Shown here: positions 1 to 13,235 of the stretch, piece after piece
Layout of the letters: every line of letters begins with the position of its first letter
Numbering within the stretch: position 1 is the stretch's first letter
NCBI GenBank assembly: GCA_964016885.1
Contig: OZ024745.1
Span: forward strand, 68,634,001 to 68,698,000
Direction: 5' to 3'
From: Eledone cirrhosa
Taxonomy: Eukaryota
Length of the DNA stretch: 64,000 nucleotides
Program-made: the position numbers and the translations under genes
The notes under the pieces: generated by a model
The model's input: only the letters and a program-made list of their open reading frames with translations
Told to the model about the DNA's origin: nothing
The model's database searches: none

Positions 1-3000
1 GCTAAAGACTAGTCTTACAGGAGGGAAGGTAAACAGAACTGCTAAAGACTAGTCTTACTGGAGGGTAGGTAAACAGAACTGCTAAAGACTAGTCTTACAG
101 GAGGGAAGGTAAACAGAACTGCTAAAGACTAGTCTTACTGGAGGGAAGGTAAACAGAACTGCTAAAGACTAGTCTTACTGGAGGGAAGGTAAACAGAACT
201 GCTAAATACTAGTCTTACATTGGGGAACGTAAACAGAACTGCTAAAGACAAGTCTTACAGGAGGGAAGGTAAACAGAACTGCTAAAGACTAGTCTTACAG
301 GAGGGAAGGTAAACAGAACTGCTAAATACTAGTCTTACATTGGGGAAGGTAAACAGAACTGCTAAATACTAGTCTTACATTGGGGAAGGTAAACAGAACT
401 GCTAAATACTAGTCTTACAGGAGGGAAGGTAAACAGAACTGCTAAAGACAAGTCTTACATTGGGGAAGGTAAACAGAACTGCTAAATACTAGTCTTACAG
501 GAGGGAAGGTAAACAGAACTGCTAAATACTAGTCTTACAGGAGGGAAGGTAAACAGAACTGCTAAAGACTAGTCTTACTGGAGGGAAGGTAAACAGAACT
601 GCTAAAGACTAGTCTTACAGAAGGAAAGGTAAACAGAACTGCTAAAGACTAGTCTTACAGGAGGGAAGGTAAACAGAACTGCTAAAGACTAGTCTTACAG
701 GAGGGAAGGTAAACAGAACTCCTAAAGACTAGTCTTACAGGAGGGAAGGTAAACAGAACTGCTAAAGACTAGTCTTACAGGAGGGAAGGTAAACAGAACT
801 GCTAAATACTAGTCTTACAGGAGGGAAGGTAAACAGAACTGCTAAAGACAAGTCTTACATTGGGGAAGGTAAACAGAACTGCTAAATACTAGTCTTACAG
901 GAGGGAAGGTAAACAGAACTGCTAAAGACTAGTCTTACAGGAGGGAAGGTAAACAGAACTCCTAAAGACTAGTCTTACAGGAGGGAAGGTAAACAGAACT
1001 GCTAAAGACTAGTCTTACAGGAGGGAAGGTAAACAGAACTGCTAAATACTAGTCTTACAGGAGGGAAGGTAAACAGAACTGCTAAAGACAAGTCTTACAT
1101 TGGGGAAGGTAAACAGAACTGCTAAATACTAGTCTTACAGGAGGGAAGGTAAACAGAACTGCTAAAGACTAGTCTTACAGGAGGGAAGGTAAACAGAACT
1201 GCTAAAGACTAGTCTTACAGGAGGGAAGGTAAACAGAACTGCTAAATACTAGTCTTACAGGAGGGAAGGTAAACAGAACTGCTAAAGACTAGTCTTACAG
1301 GAGGGAAGGTAAACGGAACTGCTAAAGACTAGTCTTACAGGAGGGAAGGTAAACAGAACTGCTAAATACTAGTCTTACATTGGGTAACGTAAACAGAACT
1401 GCTAAAGACAAGCCTTACAGGAGGGAAGGTAAACAGAACTGCTAAAGACTAGTCTTACATTGGGGAACGTAAACAGAACTGCTAAAGACAAGTCTTACAG
1501 GAGGGAAGGTAAACAGAACTGCTAAAGACAAGTCTTACAGGAGGGAAGGTAAACAGAACTGCTAAAGACTAGTCTTACAGGAGGAAAGGTAAACAGAACT
1601 GCTAAATACTAGTCTTACATTGGGGAACGTAAACAGAACTGCTAAAGACAAGTCTTACAGGAGGGAAGGTAAACAGAACTGCTAAATACTAGTCTGACAT
1701 TGGGGAACGTAAACAGAACTGCTAAAGACAAGTCTTACAGGAGGGAAGGTAAACAGAACTGCTAAAGACAAGTCTTACAGGAGGGAAGGTAAACAGAACT
1801 GCTAAAGACTAGTCTTACAGGAGGAAAGGTAAACAGAACTGCTAAATACTAGTCTTACATTGGGGAACGTAAACAGAACTGCTAAAGACAAGTCTTACAG
1901 GAGGGAAGGTAAACAGAACTGCTAAAGACTAGTCTTACAGGAGGGAAGGTAAACAGAACTGCTAAATACTAGTCTTACAGGAGGAAAGGTAAACAGAACT
2001 GCTAAAGACTAGTCTTACAGGAGGGAAGGTAAACAGAACTGCTAAAGACTATTCTTACAGGAGGGAAGGTAAACAGAACTGCTAAATACTAGTCTTACAT
2101 TGGGGAACGTAAACAGAACTGCTAAAGACAAGTCTTACAGGAGGGAAGGTAAACAGAACTGCTAAAGACTAGTCTTACAGGAGGGAAGGTAAACAGAACT
2201 GCTAAAGACAAGTCTTACAGGAGGGAGGGTAAACAGAACTGCTAAAGACAAGTCTTACAGGAGGAAAGGTAAACAGAACTGCTAAAGACTAGTCTTACAG
2301 GAGGGAAGGTAAACAGAACTGCTAAATACTAGTCTTACAGGAGGAAAGGTAAACAGAACTGCTAAAGACTAGTCTTACAGGAGGGAAGGTAAACAGAACT
2401 GCTAAAGACAAGTCTTACAGGAGGGAAGGTAAACAGAACTGCTAAAGACAAGTCTTACAGGAGGGAAGGTAAACAGAACTGCTAAAGACAAGTCTTACAG
2501 GAGGGAAGGTAAACAGAACTGCTAAAGACCAGTCTTACAGGAGGGAAGGTAAACAGAACTGCTAAAGACTAGTCTTACAGGAGGGAAGGTAAACAGAACT
2601 GCTAAAGACTAGTCTTACTGGAGGGAAGGTAAACAGAACTGCTAAAGACTAGTCTTACAGGAGGGAAGGTAAACAGAACTGCTAAAGACTAGTCTTACAG
2701 GAGGAAAGGTAAACAGAACTGCTAAAGACTAGTCTTACAGGAGGGAAGGTAAACAGAACTGCCAAAGACTAGTCTTACAAGAGGGAAGGTAAACAGAACT
2801 GCTAAAGACTAGTCTTACAGGAGGGAAGGTAAACAGAACTGCTAAAGACAAGTCTTACTGGAGGGAAGGTAAACAGAACTGCTAAAGACTAGTCTTACAG
2901 GAGGGAAGGTAAACAGAACTGCTAAAGACTAGTCTTACTGGAGGGTAGGTAAACAGAACTGCTAAAGACTAGTCTTACAGGAGGGAAGGTAAACAGAACT

Positions 3001-6000
3001 GCTAAAGACTAGTCTTACTGGAGGGAAGGTAAACAGAACTGCTAAAGACTAGTCTTACTGGAGGGAAGGTAAACAGAACTGCTAAATACTAGTCTTACAT
3101 TGGGGAACGTAAACAGAACTGCTAAAGACAAGTCTTACAGGAGGGAAGGTAAACAGAACTGCTAAAGACTAGTCTTACAGGAGGGAAGGTAAACAGAACT
3201 GCTAAATACTAGTCTTACATTGGGGAAGGTAAACAGAACTGCTAAATACTAGTCTTACATTGGGGAAGGTAAACAGAACTGCTAAATACTAGTCTTACAG
3301 GAGGGAAGGTAAACAGAACTGCTAAAGACAAGTCTTACATTGGGGAAGGTAAACAGAACTGCTAAATACTAGTCTTACAGGAGGGAAGGTAAACAGAACT
3401 GCTAAATACTAGTCTTACAGGAGGGAAGGTAAACAGAACTGCTAAAGACTAGTCTTACTGGAGGGAAGGTAAACAGAACTGCTAAAGACTAGTCTTACAG
3501 AAGGAAAGGTAAACAGAACTGCTAAAGACTAGTCTTACAGGAGGGAAGGTAAACAGAACTGCTAAAGACTAGTCTTACAGGAGGGAAGGTAAACAGAACT
3601 CCTAAAGACTAGTCTTACAGGAGGGAAGGTAAACAGAACTGCTAAAGACTAGTCTTACAGGAGGGAAGGTAAACAGAACTGCTAAATACTAGTCTTACAG
3701 GAGGGAAGGTAAACAGAACTGCTAAAGACAAGTCTTACATTGGGGAAGGTAAACAGAACTGCTAAATACTAGTCTTACAGGAGGGAAGGTAAACAGAACT
3801 GCTAAAGACTAGTCTTACAGGAGGGAAGGTAAACAGAACTGCTAAAGACTAGTCTTACAGGAGGGAAGGTAAACAGAACTGCTAAATACTAGTCTTACAG
3901 GAGGGAAGGTAAACAGAACTGCTAAAGACTAGTCTTACAGGAGGGAAGGTAAACAGAACTGCTAAAGACTAGTCTTACAGGAGGGAAGGTAAACAAAACT
4001 GCTAAATACTAGTCTTACATTGGGGAACGTAAACAGAACTGCTAAAGACAAGTCTTACAGGAGGGAAGGTAAACAGAACTGCTAAAGACTAGTCTTACAA
4101 GAGGGAAGGTAAACAGAACTGCTAAAGACTAGTCTTACAGGAGGGAAGGTAAACAGAACTGCTAAAGACTAGTCTTACAGGAGGGAAGGTAAACAGAACT
4201 GCTAAAGACTAGTCTTACAGGAGGAAAGGTAAACAGAACTGCTAAATACTAGTCTTACAGGAGGGAAGGTAAACAGAACTGCTAAAGACTAGTCTTACAG
4301 GAGGGAAGGTAAACAGAACTGCTAAAGACTAGTCTTACTGGAGGGAAGGTAAACAGAACTGCTAAAGACTAGTCTTACAGGAGGAAAGGTAAACAGAACT
4401 GCTAAAGACAAGTCTTACAGGAGGGAAGGTAAACAGAACTGCTAAAGACTAGTCTTACAGGAGCGAAGGTAAACAGAACTGCTAAAGACTAGTCTTACAG
4501 GAGGGAAGGTAAACAGAACTGCTAAAGACTAGTCTTACAGGAGGGAAGGTAAACAGAATTGCTAAAGACAAGTCTTACAGGAGGGAAGGTAAACAGAACT
4601 GCTAAATACTAGTCTTACATTGGGGAACGTAAACAGAACTGCTAAAGACAAGTCTTACAGGAGGGAAGGTAAACAGAACTGCTAAAGACTAGTCTTACAG
4701 GAAGGAAGGTAAACAGAACTGCTACAGACTAGTCTTACTGGAGGGAAGGTAAACAGAACTGCTAAAGACTAGTCTTACTGGAGGGAAGGTAAACAGAACT
4801 GCTAAAGACTAGTCTTACAGGAGGGAAGGTAAACAGAACTGCTAAAGACTAGTCTTACAGGAGGAAAGGTAAACAGAACTGCTAAAGACTAGTCTTACTG
4901 GGGGGAAGGTAAACAGAACTGCTAAAGACAAGTCTTACAGGAGGGAAGGTAAACAGAACTGCTAAAGACTAGTCTTACAGGAGCGAAGGTAAACAGAACT
5001 GCTAAAGACTAGTCTTACAGGAGGGAAGGTAAGCAGAACTGCTAAAGACTAGTCTGACAGGAGGGAAGGTAAACAGAATTGCTAAAGACAAGTCTTACAG
5101 GAGGGAAGGTAAACAGAACTGCTAAATACTAGTCTTACATTGGGGAACGTAAACAGAACTGCTAAAGACAAGTCTTACAGGAGGGAAGGTAAACAGAACT
5201 GCTAAAGACTAGTCTTACAGGAAGGAAGGTAAACAGAACTGCTACAGACTAGTCTTACTGGAGGGAAGGTAAACAGAACTGCTAAAGACTAGTCTTACTG
5301 GAGGGAAGGTAAACAGAACTGCTAAAGACTAGTCTTACAGGAGGGAAGGTAAACAGAACTGCTAAAGACTAGTCTTACAGGAGGAAAGGTAAACAGAACT
5401 GCTAAAGACTAGTCTTACAGGAGGGAAGGTAAACAGAACTGCTAAAGACTAGTCTTACAGGAGGGAAGGTAAACAGAACTGCTAAAGACTAGTCTTACAG
5501 GAGGGAAGGTAAACAGAACTGCTAAAGACTAGTCTTACAGGAGGGAAGGTAAACAGAACTGCTAAATACTAGTCTTACATTGGGGAACGTAAACAGAACT
5601 GCTAAAGACAAGTCTTACAGGAGGGAAGGTAAACAGAACTGCTAAAGACTTGTTTTACAGGAGGGAAGGTAAACAGAACTGCTAAAGACTAGTCTTACTG
5701 GAGGGAAGGTAAACAGAACTGCTAAAGACTAGTCTTACAGGAGGGAAGGTAAACAGAACTGCTAAAGACTAGTCTTACTGGAGGGAAGGTAAACAGAACT
5801 GCTAAAGACTAGTCTTACAGGAAGGAAGGTAAACAGAACTGCTAAAGTCTAGTCTTACTGGAGGGAAGGTAAACAGAACTGCTAAAGACTAGTCTTACTG
5901 GAGGGAAGGTAAACAGAACTGCTAAAGACTAGTCTTACAGGAGGGAAGGTAAACAGAACTGCTAAAGACTAGTCTTACAGGAGGAAAGGTAAACAGAACT

Positions 6001-6257
6001 GCTAAAGACTAGTCTTACAGGAGGGAAGGTAAACAGAACTGCTAAAGACTAGTCTTACTGGAGGGAAGGTAAACAGAACTGCTAAAGACTAGTCTTACTG
6101 GAGGGAAGGTAAACAGAACTGCTAAAGACTAGTCTTACTGGAGGGAAGGTATACAGAACTGCTAAAGATTGGTCTTACAATGAACAAGGTAGATAGAACT
6201 GCTAAAGTTTGGTCTTACAGGATGCAAGGTATAGTGAGTTTCTAAAAATTGGTCTTA
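1..6257. repeat. 40-bp tandem satellite, about 155 units, continuing off the left edge
   Basis: Unit GCTAAAGACTAGTCTTACAGGAGGGAAGGTAAACAGAACT repeats in exact 40-bp phase with substitutions only. The last ~3 units (6150-6257) are degenerate. Confidence 0.99.
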
Positions 6258-6430
6258 ATTTCTAACTTAGACACTAGGTCAACGATTTAGGAGGGGAAAG
6301 TCGATTATATTGACGCCACTACTTGAAGTATTGACGACCATGGAAAGGCGGAAGAGATCTTTGATTGATGTTTGGCGGGATTTGAGTTTAGAACGTAAAG
6401 AATAGTAGTTAAATACCGCAAGTTACTTTC
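6258..6430 (-). mobile_element. Degenerate tRNA-derived SINE (family A) abutting the satellite end
   Basis: Similar to the copies at 61178 and 30640 (ttctaacttag.cac.agg.ca..gattt.ggaggggaaagtcgatt...ggcgggatttga). Confidence 0.55.
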
Positions 6431-6718
6431 AATATCGTTTTCGTTGGAAACGATATCATCTTAATATTTGTACATCTAATTTTCTTCAGTGGAAGCAGAT
6501 TCTAATATTGTCACCATATTCAAACAACAGGTGAAGAATACTGAAGAATATTGGAGAATTATTAGCAATATATTCTCGTTTTAGCGATTTCATAAATAAA
6601 CTTAACTCAGAAATTTAATTTACGTCACAAACTTATTTACAGAGGAACGTCCACAATCTTCTGTCCTTTATGAGAAAGATTTTAAAAACCAATATCGATG
6701 TTACACACACATTCATTA

Positions 6719-6766
<48 letters not shown>

Positions 6767-6849
6767 GTATATGTATGTACATATATATGTATGTATGTAT
6801 GTATATGTATATATATATATACATACATATCTACATCTCTCTCTCTCCC

Positions 6850-6912
<63 letters not shown>

Positions 6913-7024
6913 CTCTCTGTATATATATATATATATATATATTCACACACATATATATGTACATATATGCATGTATATATGAATGTGCATATGTATTTAC
7001 TCTTTTACTCTTTTACCTGTTCCA

Positions 7025-7107
<83 letters not shown>

Positions 7108-7642
7108 TATATGCCCCACCATGGCCTCACATATCCATATACATACCGACACACCCCATATATATATATATATAGATATTTGGGGTGTGTCGGTATGTAT
7201 ATGGATATGTGAGGCCATGGTGGGGCATATATACATATAATATATATATATATATATATAAAATACGTATTTAAGAAAGCCACAACAATGCACTGCATTG
7301 TTGTGGCTTTCTTAAATACGTATTTTACACATTTCACAATGCTTCAAGCAAACTTTAACACCCTCATATATTTATTAGAAAGTAAGTTTTTTTTTTTTTT
7401 TTTTTTTTTACAAAATGAAAAATAACCGAGGTGTCCTACACGAGTGAGAAAAACAACAGACCCACCATCTCTACTCTACTTTTGAAAAGCAGAAGAACTG
7501 CGAAACCGGTAAAAGAACCAAATAAATATATATATTTTTTAAAAAATAAGACTCCAGCTGCATTTTCGATTTCATCTTTTTTTCTATATGCATGTATATA
7601 TGAATGTGCATATGTATTTACTCTTTTACTCTTTTACCTGTT

Positions 7643-7712
<70 letters not shown>

Positions 7713-7788
7713 AACAGGTAAAAGAGTAAAAGAGTAAATACATATGCACATTCATATATACATGCATATATGTACATACATGTGTGTG

Positions 7789-7832
<44 letters not shown>

Positions 7833-7835
7833 GTG

Positions 7836-7888
<53 letters not shown>

Positions 7889-8110
7889 GAGAGATGTAGA
7901 TAGATAAATAGATATATAAATAGATAGATAAAGGTTGTGTGATGCTCCTTCCAAAGATTATTGCTAAAACCTGCCGTATACTCTATTCTTATATCTGTAT
8001 ATAACATATATACATATATTTCTGTGTATATAAATGTATAACATATATACATTATATGTCTATATATATATATCAGTGCATAATATATATATATAAATAT
8101 ATATACACAC

Positions 8111-8150
<40 letters not shown>
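6719..8150. repeat. Compound (TA)n/(CT)n/(GA)n/(CA)n microsatellite block with nested inverted duplications
   Basis: Read directly. 6826-7023 is the approximate reverse complement of 7711-7903; hairpins at 7099-7240 and 7260-7326. Confidence 0.95.
7478..7526 (+). ncRNA. Degenerate minimal type I hammerhead ribozyme motif followed by AATAAA
   Basis: TTGAAAA (CTGAAGA with 2 changes), GCAG-aagaa-CTGC stem II, GAAA, CCGGTA (palindromic stem III, GUA site); AATAAA at 7521. Stem I is weak. Confidence 0.45.
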
Positions 8151-8156
<6 letters not shown>

Positions 8157-8651
8157 TATGTTTTTATATACCAGTGTATAACATGTATACATTACATTTC
8201 TCTGTATATAAGTTTATAACATAAATACATTAGATATAAGCTCGCCTATCTCTTCTTAGCCTTTTAAGTATTTATATATGAAGACTTTATTTTCATGCGA
8301 TTACTTTATTATATTAAATTTAATCTTAAATATGTCAACAGGATGTCATCTTTGTTTGTATTTAGCAGAGATAATAACATTCAAAATGAAATTAAATTCG
8401 ATTTTATCAACGTAGATAAATTAAAACGGTGACCTAGAATAGTGTTTCAAACTCATGACATACGTTTTAATATCTCAAATTGAATTTAGGTTTCTTCACC
8501 GTTTTTGTCATTATTGGTGGCTCATCCTACTACAGTGTTAATCAATGTTCAGAGGAGTTCTTGGGCGGTCCAGTGCCTTAACCTCACTATTCTCCGCGGT
8601 AATGTCGTGTATGTCTTGTCTTACCTAATAGAAATCTTTAGAGGCATTCGT

Positions 8652-8825
8652 GACATAGAGTTACGGCCCTTTGCGTTCTGAGTTCAAATCCCACTGATGT
8701 TAACTTTGCCTTTCATCCCGACAGGATCGATAAAATGAAATACCAGTTACGCACTGGGGTCGATTTAATTGACTTTCCGCTCCCCAAAAATTGTTGCCCT
8801 TGTGCCTAAATCAGAAACCATTATT
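8652..8825 (+). mobile_element. tRNA-derived SINE family A, 5'-truncated
   Basis: B box GAGTTCAAATCC, central TTAACTTTGCCTTTCATCC...TCGATAAAAT domain, and a 3' end matching the other copies. Confidence 0.8.
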
Positions 8826-9263
8826 TTTGTCTGTGATTGAGTGTGCTACATTCACTCGTTACCCATCCCTAGATTAATTTCTGTGGATCTTCTGTTTCTT
8901 CTGCTAACCATGTTCATTATAATTTCTTTTCATATGTACAAGATGTTTTAATAAATAAACATTATTTCATAGAATAAAAAAAGCGGTTTAAATGAATTAC
9001 TCTATCTTCTGTCCAATTGTTTGACCACATTAAACGTTCAAGTAGTGGGGTCTCTCTGAAATTTGTCTGGAGGGTATGACACCTAGAGGGAGAAACCGAG
9101 AAAGCCCTGTTGGTAGTTGGATCGACCAGATCCTAAAATAGTCCCGATGTCAATCATGGCCAGAATTCAATACAATGCCATTATGACTCTTAGTATTTCG
9201 CTGTAAATAGATATAACGATAAAAAAGAAAAACCGTAGCCAATACACCTCTTCACATTATATG

Positions 9264-9378
<115 letters not shown>

Positions 9379-9695
9379 GCACGTGTGTATGCCTACAATA
9401 CAAATGCATAAATATATAATTATGTGAGTGAATTTATTTCAATATTGAAATGGACTTAGATACACACCGATTTCTTGGAACAAATTAGTCAACTTGTTTT
9501 ATCTAACACCTGGGAGTGTTTCCATTCTATTGCCATTAATTCTTATTTACATTATCTTAAGTATGTTGTGATTGATTCTGAGAAAAGAAATTGAAAATCT
9601 ACCTTCACAGGCAATCTAATTAATTAGCTTAATGATATTATTTTATTGTTATGATACCGTCTAATTAGGAACAACGGTTCAAATTCTCTTGGAGT

Positions 9696-10749
9696 CAGTG
9701 GTGGACTGGACAGGTTGCCAGGTTGCCCAATGTCAAGAGAGGCCCACGGTAGCATTGCAGGGGCCCACTGTGTTATATTAGGGCCAATACTTTGCTTTCA
9801 AAAAATATCTTTTAAAAAGTGTCTCAGAGAAAGAATAACATTTAAAAAAAAATAAAAATAAAAATAAATAAAGCATTTGGTCAAACAATTCCCTAGGGAA
9901 TTAATAGAAACCAAAATATATGATAGTGCTAATAGTTAGAGTCACTGGCTTACTGTATTCCTTCATGTACATCATACGTAGATAGACACACACGTATTAT
10001 ATATATATATACTTACACATACAGACCAGCTACCATGAGGTGCTGGCCAAATAATTTTTGTTATCAATGGGTTAAAGACGTAAGTAAAATCAATTAGTGG
10101 TCAGTTCTTCAGTCTAAGGAGAATGAGTCAAATAATTGTTTCTACTTTTGGCACAAGACCAGCAAACCACCAGTACATTACTGGTACTTTATTTTATCGA
10201 CCCCATAAAGATGAAAGACAAAGTTAACCTCGGCGAGATTTGAACTCAGATCATAAAGGGACGTAACTCTATGCTTCAAAGCATGGCGTCCGACTCTCTA
10301 CCGATACTGCCAATCCACAATAATGTTTGTACAAGTTGAAAACATAAATCTATATATACACATACACACACTCCCAGATATATATATTGAGTGAGTATGA
10401 AAGACCAAAGTCATTATTGAAAGTCTCTGGATGTGTATAGTTCACAAGGTACTTTTTATTGGAGTTATACTATACATTCACAATTATTTAAAAATTCAAT
10501 TATAACATTCTGTATTAACATTTAGTATTACTGTATACTACCAGTATTATGAACAGTATATATACACTATAATTAGTAAAAAATACACATTTTTTTCTGT
10601 AAAAATTTGATTGCACTGTTTTGTTTTCACTTATGTATTTTTTGAAAATGTTATCTATTCATTATAAAAATTAAATGATAGCATTCTATATATGGGTGGG
10701 CCCCCTTTATCTCCTGGCAACCAATATTTTTAGATCCAGTCCGCCACTG
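9696..10749. mobile_element. hAT-like non-autonomous DNA transposon with a nested SINE
   Basis: Terminal inverted repeats (TIRs) CAGTGGTGGACTGGA / TCCAGTCCGCCACTG and subterminal GGGCCC motifs. No clear target-site duplication (TSD). Confidence 0.65.
10131..10318 (-). mobile_element. tRNA-derived SINE family A
   Basis: Minus strand has A box TGGCAGTATCGG and B box GAGTTCAAATC; near-identical to 36531, 36724, 58180 and 61608. Confidence 0.9.
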
Positions 10750-10799
10750 AATATAGTCTGTACCATATATCAAACCTTATTTTATGCAATACATCTTTA

Positions 10800-11120
10800 T
10801 AGCCAAATGATTAAGCAATTCACTTCGCAACCTTATGTTTCTGGGTTCAATTCCACTTCATGACATCTTAGACAATTGTCATTTACCCCAGCCACCGGTC
10901 GGCCGAAGCCATGTGAGTGAAATAGGGTTCATGAAAACTGTATGGAAGCCTGTAATTTAAAAAGGTCCGGCTTTGACAGACGTTGTGTCACGCTGAATAT
11001 CTCGGAAAATTTTGCTATGGATACATGTGTCTGTCGAATGCTCAACCACTTGCTTGTTAATTTCTCAAGCAGTCTATTCTGTTGATTGAATGGCTTGAAC
11101 AGTTATCATCAAAAGTGATG
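10800..11120 (+). mobile_element. tRNA-derived SINE(s), family C head with a family B-like tail
   Basis: GGTTCAATTCC B box and gaaactgtatggaag motif shared with 54600-54750 and 53520-53945; tail similar to 47220-47380. Confidence 0.6.
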
Positions 11121-11235
11121 GAAATCCCTTTCTGGTGGGTTCAAGCAAAATACACTTAAAATCGAAATCTGCGCTATGTGTTCATCAAATTTATATTTCA
11201 TTTTTTTTTCTTTTTAATATTTAGTGTTCCATTAG

Positions 11236-11425
11236 AGTGAATTGGAAGACAGACAAATAAACTTTCATTGCAGTATTTGTTCTGACTCTTCGTGTTCTGA
11301 GATCAAATCCCACCAAGGTCAACTTTACTTTTCATCCTTCCGGGGGTCGATAAAATAAAGTAAGTGCTTTGTTTTAATAAACTCTACCCATCTTTGATGG
11401 TCATGTGCCTAAATTAGAAATCAAC
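11236..11425 (+). mobile_element. SINE family A, diverged
   Basis: GAGATCAAATCC, then aggtcaactttacttttcatcc...gtcgataaaataaagta. Confidence 0.75.
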
Positions 11426-11574
11426 ATTTAATATCCTATTGCTTTTTTTCTGAATATAATTCTTAAATCATACTATCAATAAACTCAATTCACTCAGCTG
11501 TTCATGATATATTGTAACTGGACATACACCAGAGTATAAAAAAGGAAGTTAAAGCACGGAGGATCAACAGAACA

Positions 11575-11962
11575 ATGCTTATCCTGGCATCATCGGCGTT
11601 AAGTGACAGAGTATAAGACTCTGTTACACCTCTTCTCTACCAGTATATCACAAGGTTAACCTCCAGTTACTGCTGGTACACATTTTCATTTGAATGTACT
11701 GGAGCAATATGGAATAAGATATTTTGATCAACAACACAATGCACCACCTAGTCCAGTTATCGAACCCACTGGCAGTATCAGTAGAGGGTTGGACGCCATG
11801 CTTTGACGCATAGAGTTACGGCCCTTGCCATTCTGAGTTCAAATCACGCTGAGGTTAACTTTGGTCGATAAAATAAAGTACCAGTAATACACTGGGTAAT
11901 TGCTGGCCTTGTGCCAAAAGTAGAAACAATTATAATCTATAACCCTTAGGCCACGTGCTTTT
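11575..11962 (-). mobile_element. SINE family B interrupted by an opposite-strand SINE A at 11769-11932
   Basis: tactggagcaat...atcgaaccca resumes as taacccttaggccacgtgc after the insert; homologous to 28665-28893. Confidence 0.7.
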
Positions 11963-12825
11963 ACACTTTAAGGATACATCCCTGTTTTTAGACAAATACC
12001 TCTGACTGAGGTAGGCCTGATTTCTCTCCAGTTTAACTAACACCACTTTCTTAGCTGACCACTCTTACCTGCATCCCATTATTTCTGAGATTATTCAACA
12101 TCATGCAGCTTTGGTTTCTTGATTTTCTCGTGAACAACAGTTAATCTGCTGCTTAAAAGCAGTTGCCACTGGTAGTACAGACTGGTAGTACAGACTCGCT
12201 TTCCTCCAAGACATCTCCACATTTATAAATGCCTAAACATGCATGTCACCATCTTCTCTCTCATTCACATTTCATTACCTCTTTTTACTATCCAAACTTT
12301 CCTCCCAATATCATTGTTTCATAACACTATGACATAATATCACACTTTACTAATACCATCCCGTATTTATTCACTACCAGCAGTTGGTATCGAACTCGGA
12401 ATCTCATTAGTATGAGGCAAACTTCTTAACCACTCAGCTATTTATGTGCCCATTTGTCAATTTTGTATTACTATATTTACAACTCAATAGCTGTTTTCTT
12501 TTGTAAATATTCCATATGTCTTTACTTCTTGATCTAAGTGTAGTAACATCTAGTCAATAGCACTTAATGAATCTCTTTCGCTTTACAAATCATCTACTAT
12601 TTATGCATGTTATGGAAATTGTAGAGGATCTCCTTTCTAAAAATACACAAAGAGTTGGGTAACCCAACCCGAAATATTTGATATTTTGAGAAAGTGTGCA
12701 TTAACAAATCAACTTTTCTGCAAATGTTATAAAACAAAATAAGCAACAAAAAATACCGACAGAACTCAAAATACGTATCTATTGCTGGTTGAGCAATAAT
12801 GGTGTAATCTATTCCATTATAGAAC

Positions 12826-13235
12826 CAGGGCCACCACTACCATTAAGGTCAACTAGGCAGTCACCTAGTGTCAAGAACTCTGAGAGGCGCATTACTAAAT
12901 CTTAAAGGATTGCAGTTTTATACAAATTTATTCGTAAAATTAAATTAGATATTCATTTCCTGCCATCAATAAAAAAATTGATAACCATGTGACAGTGTTA
13001 TGGAAATAATATCCAAAGAGATGGTGAGGAATGTATGATTTGGCATGGGTGAATGTAGACTGTGTAGTGGAAAAGGCAAGTTTAATAATTTTCTTAGTGT
13101 TGTCAGAGTAAGAAGTGTCAAAAACTAGGTTTGCCAGCATACCAAACTGTAGTTGAAATTATTTTATTTGGGAGAATTGGGTGCATAAACTCTTGAAGTA
13201 GGTGCACGACTTTAAAATCTCACTTATTCTGCCAT
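12826..13235. mobile_element. hAT-like MITE, same family as 38396-38849 and 50275-50530, partial
   Basis: CAGGGCC start and shared internal sequence (ggcatgggtga.t.t.gactgtg.agt.gaaaa.gca.gttta...accaaactgta). Confidence 0.7.

Noticed and set aside
1-6257. CRISPR array or repetitive coding sequence
   Set aside because: There are no unique spacers or cas genes, the context is eukaryotic, and stop codons in the unit leave no long ORF.
10131-10318. tRNA genes at A/B-box motifs
   Set aside because: The boxes belong to multi-copy SINE heads and no cloverleaf is evident.
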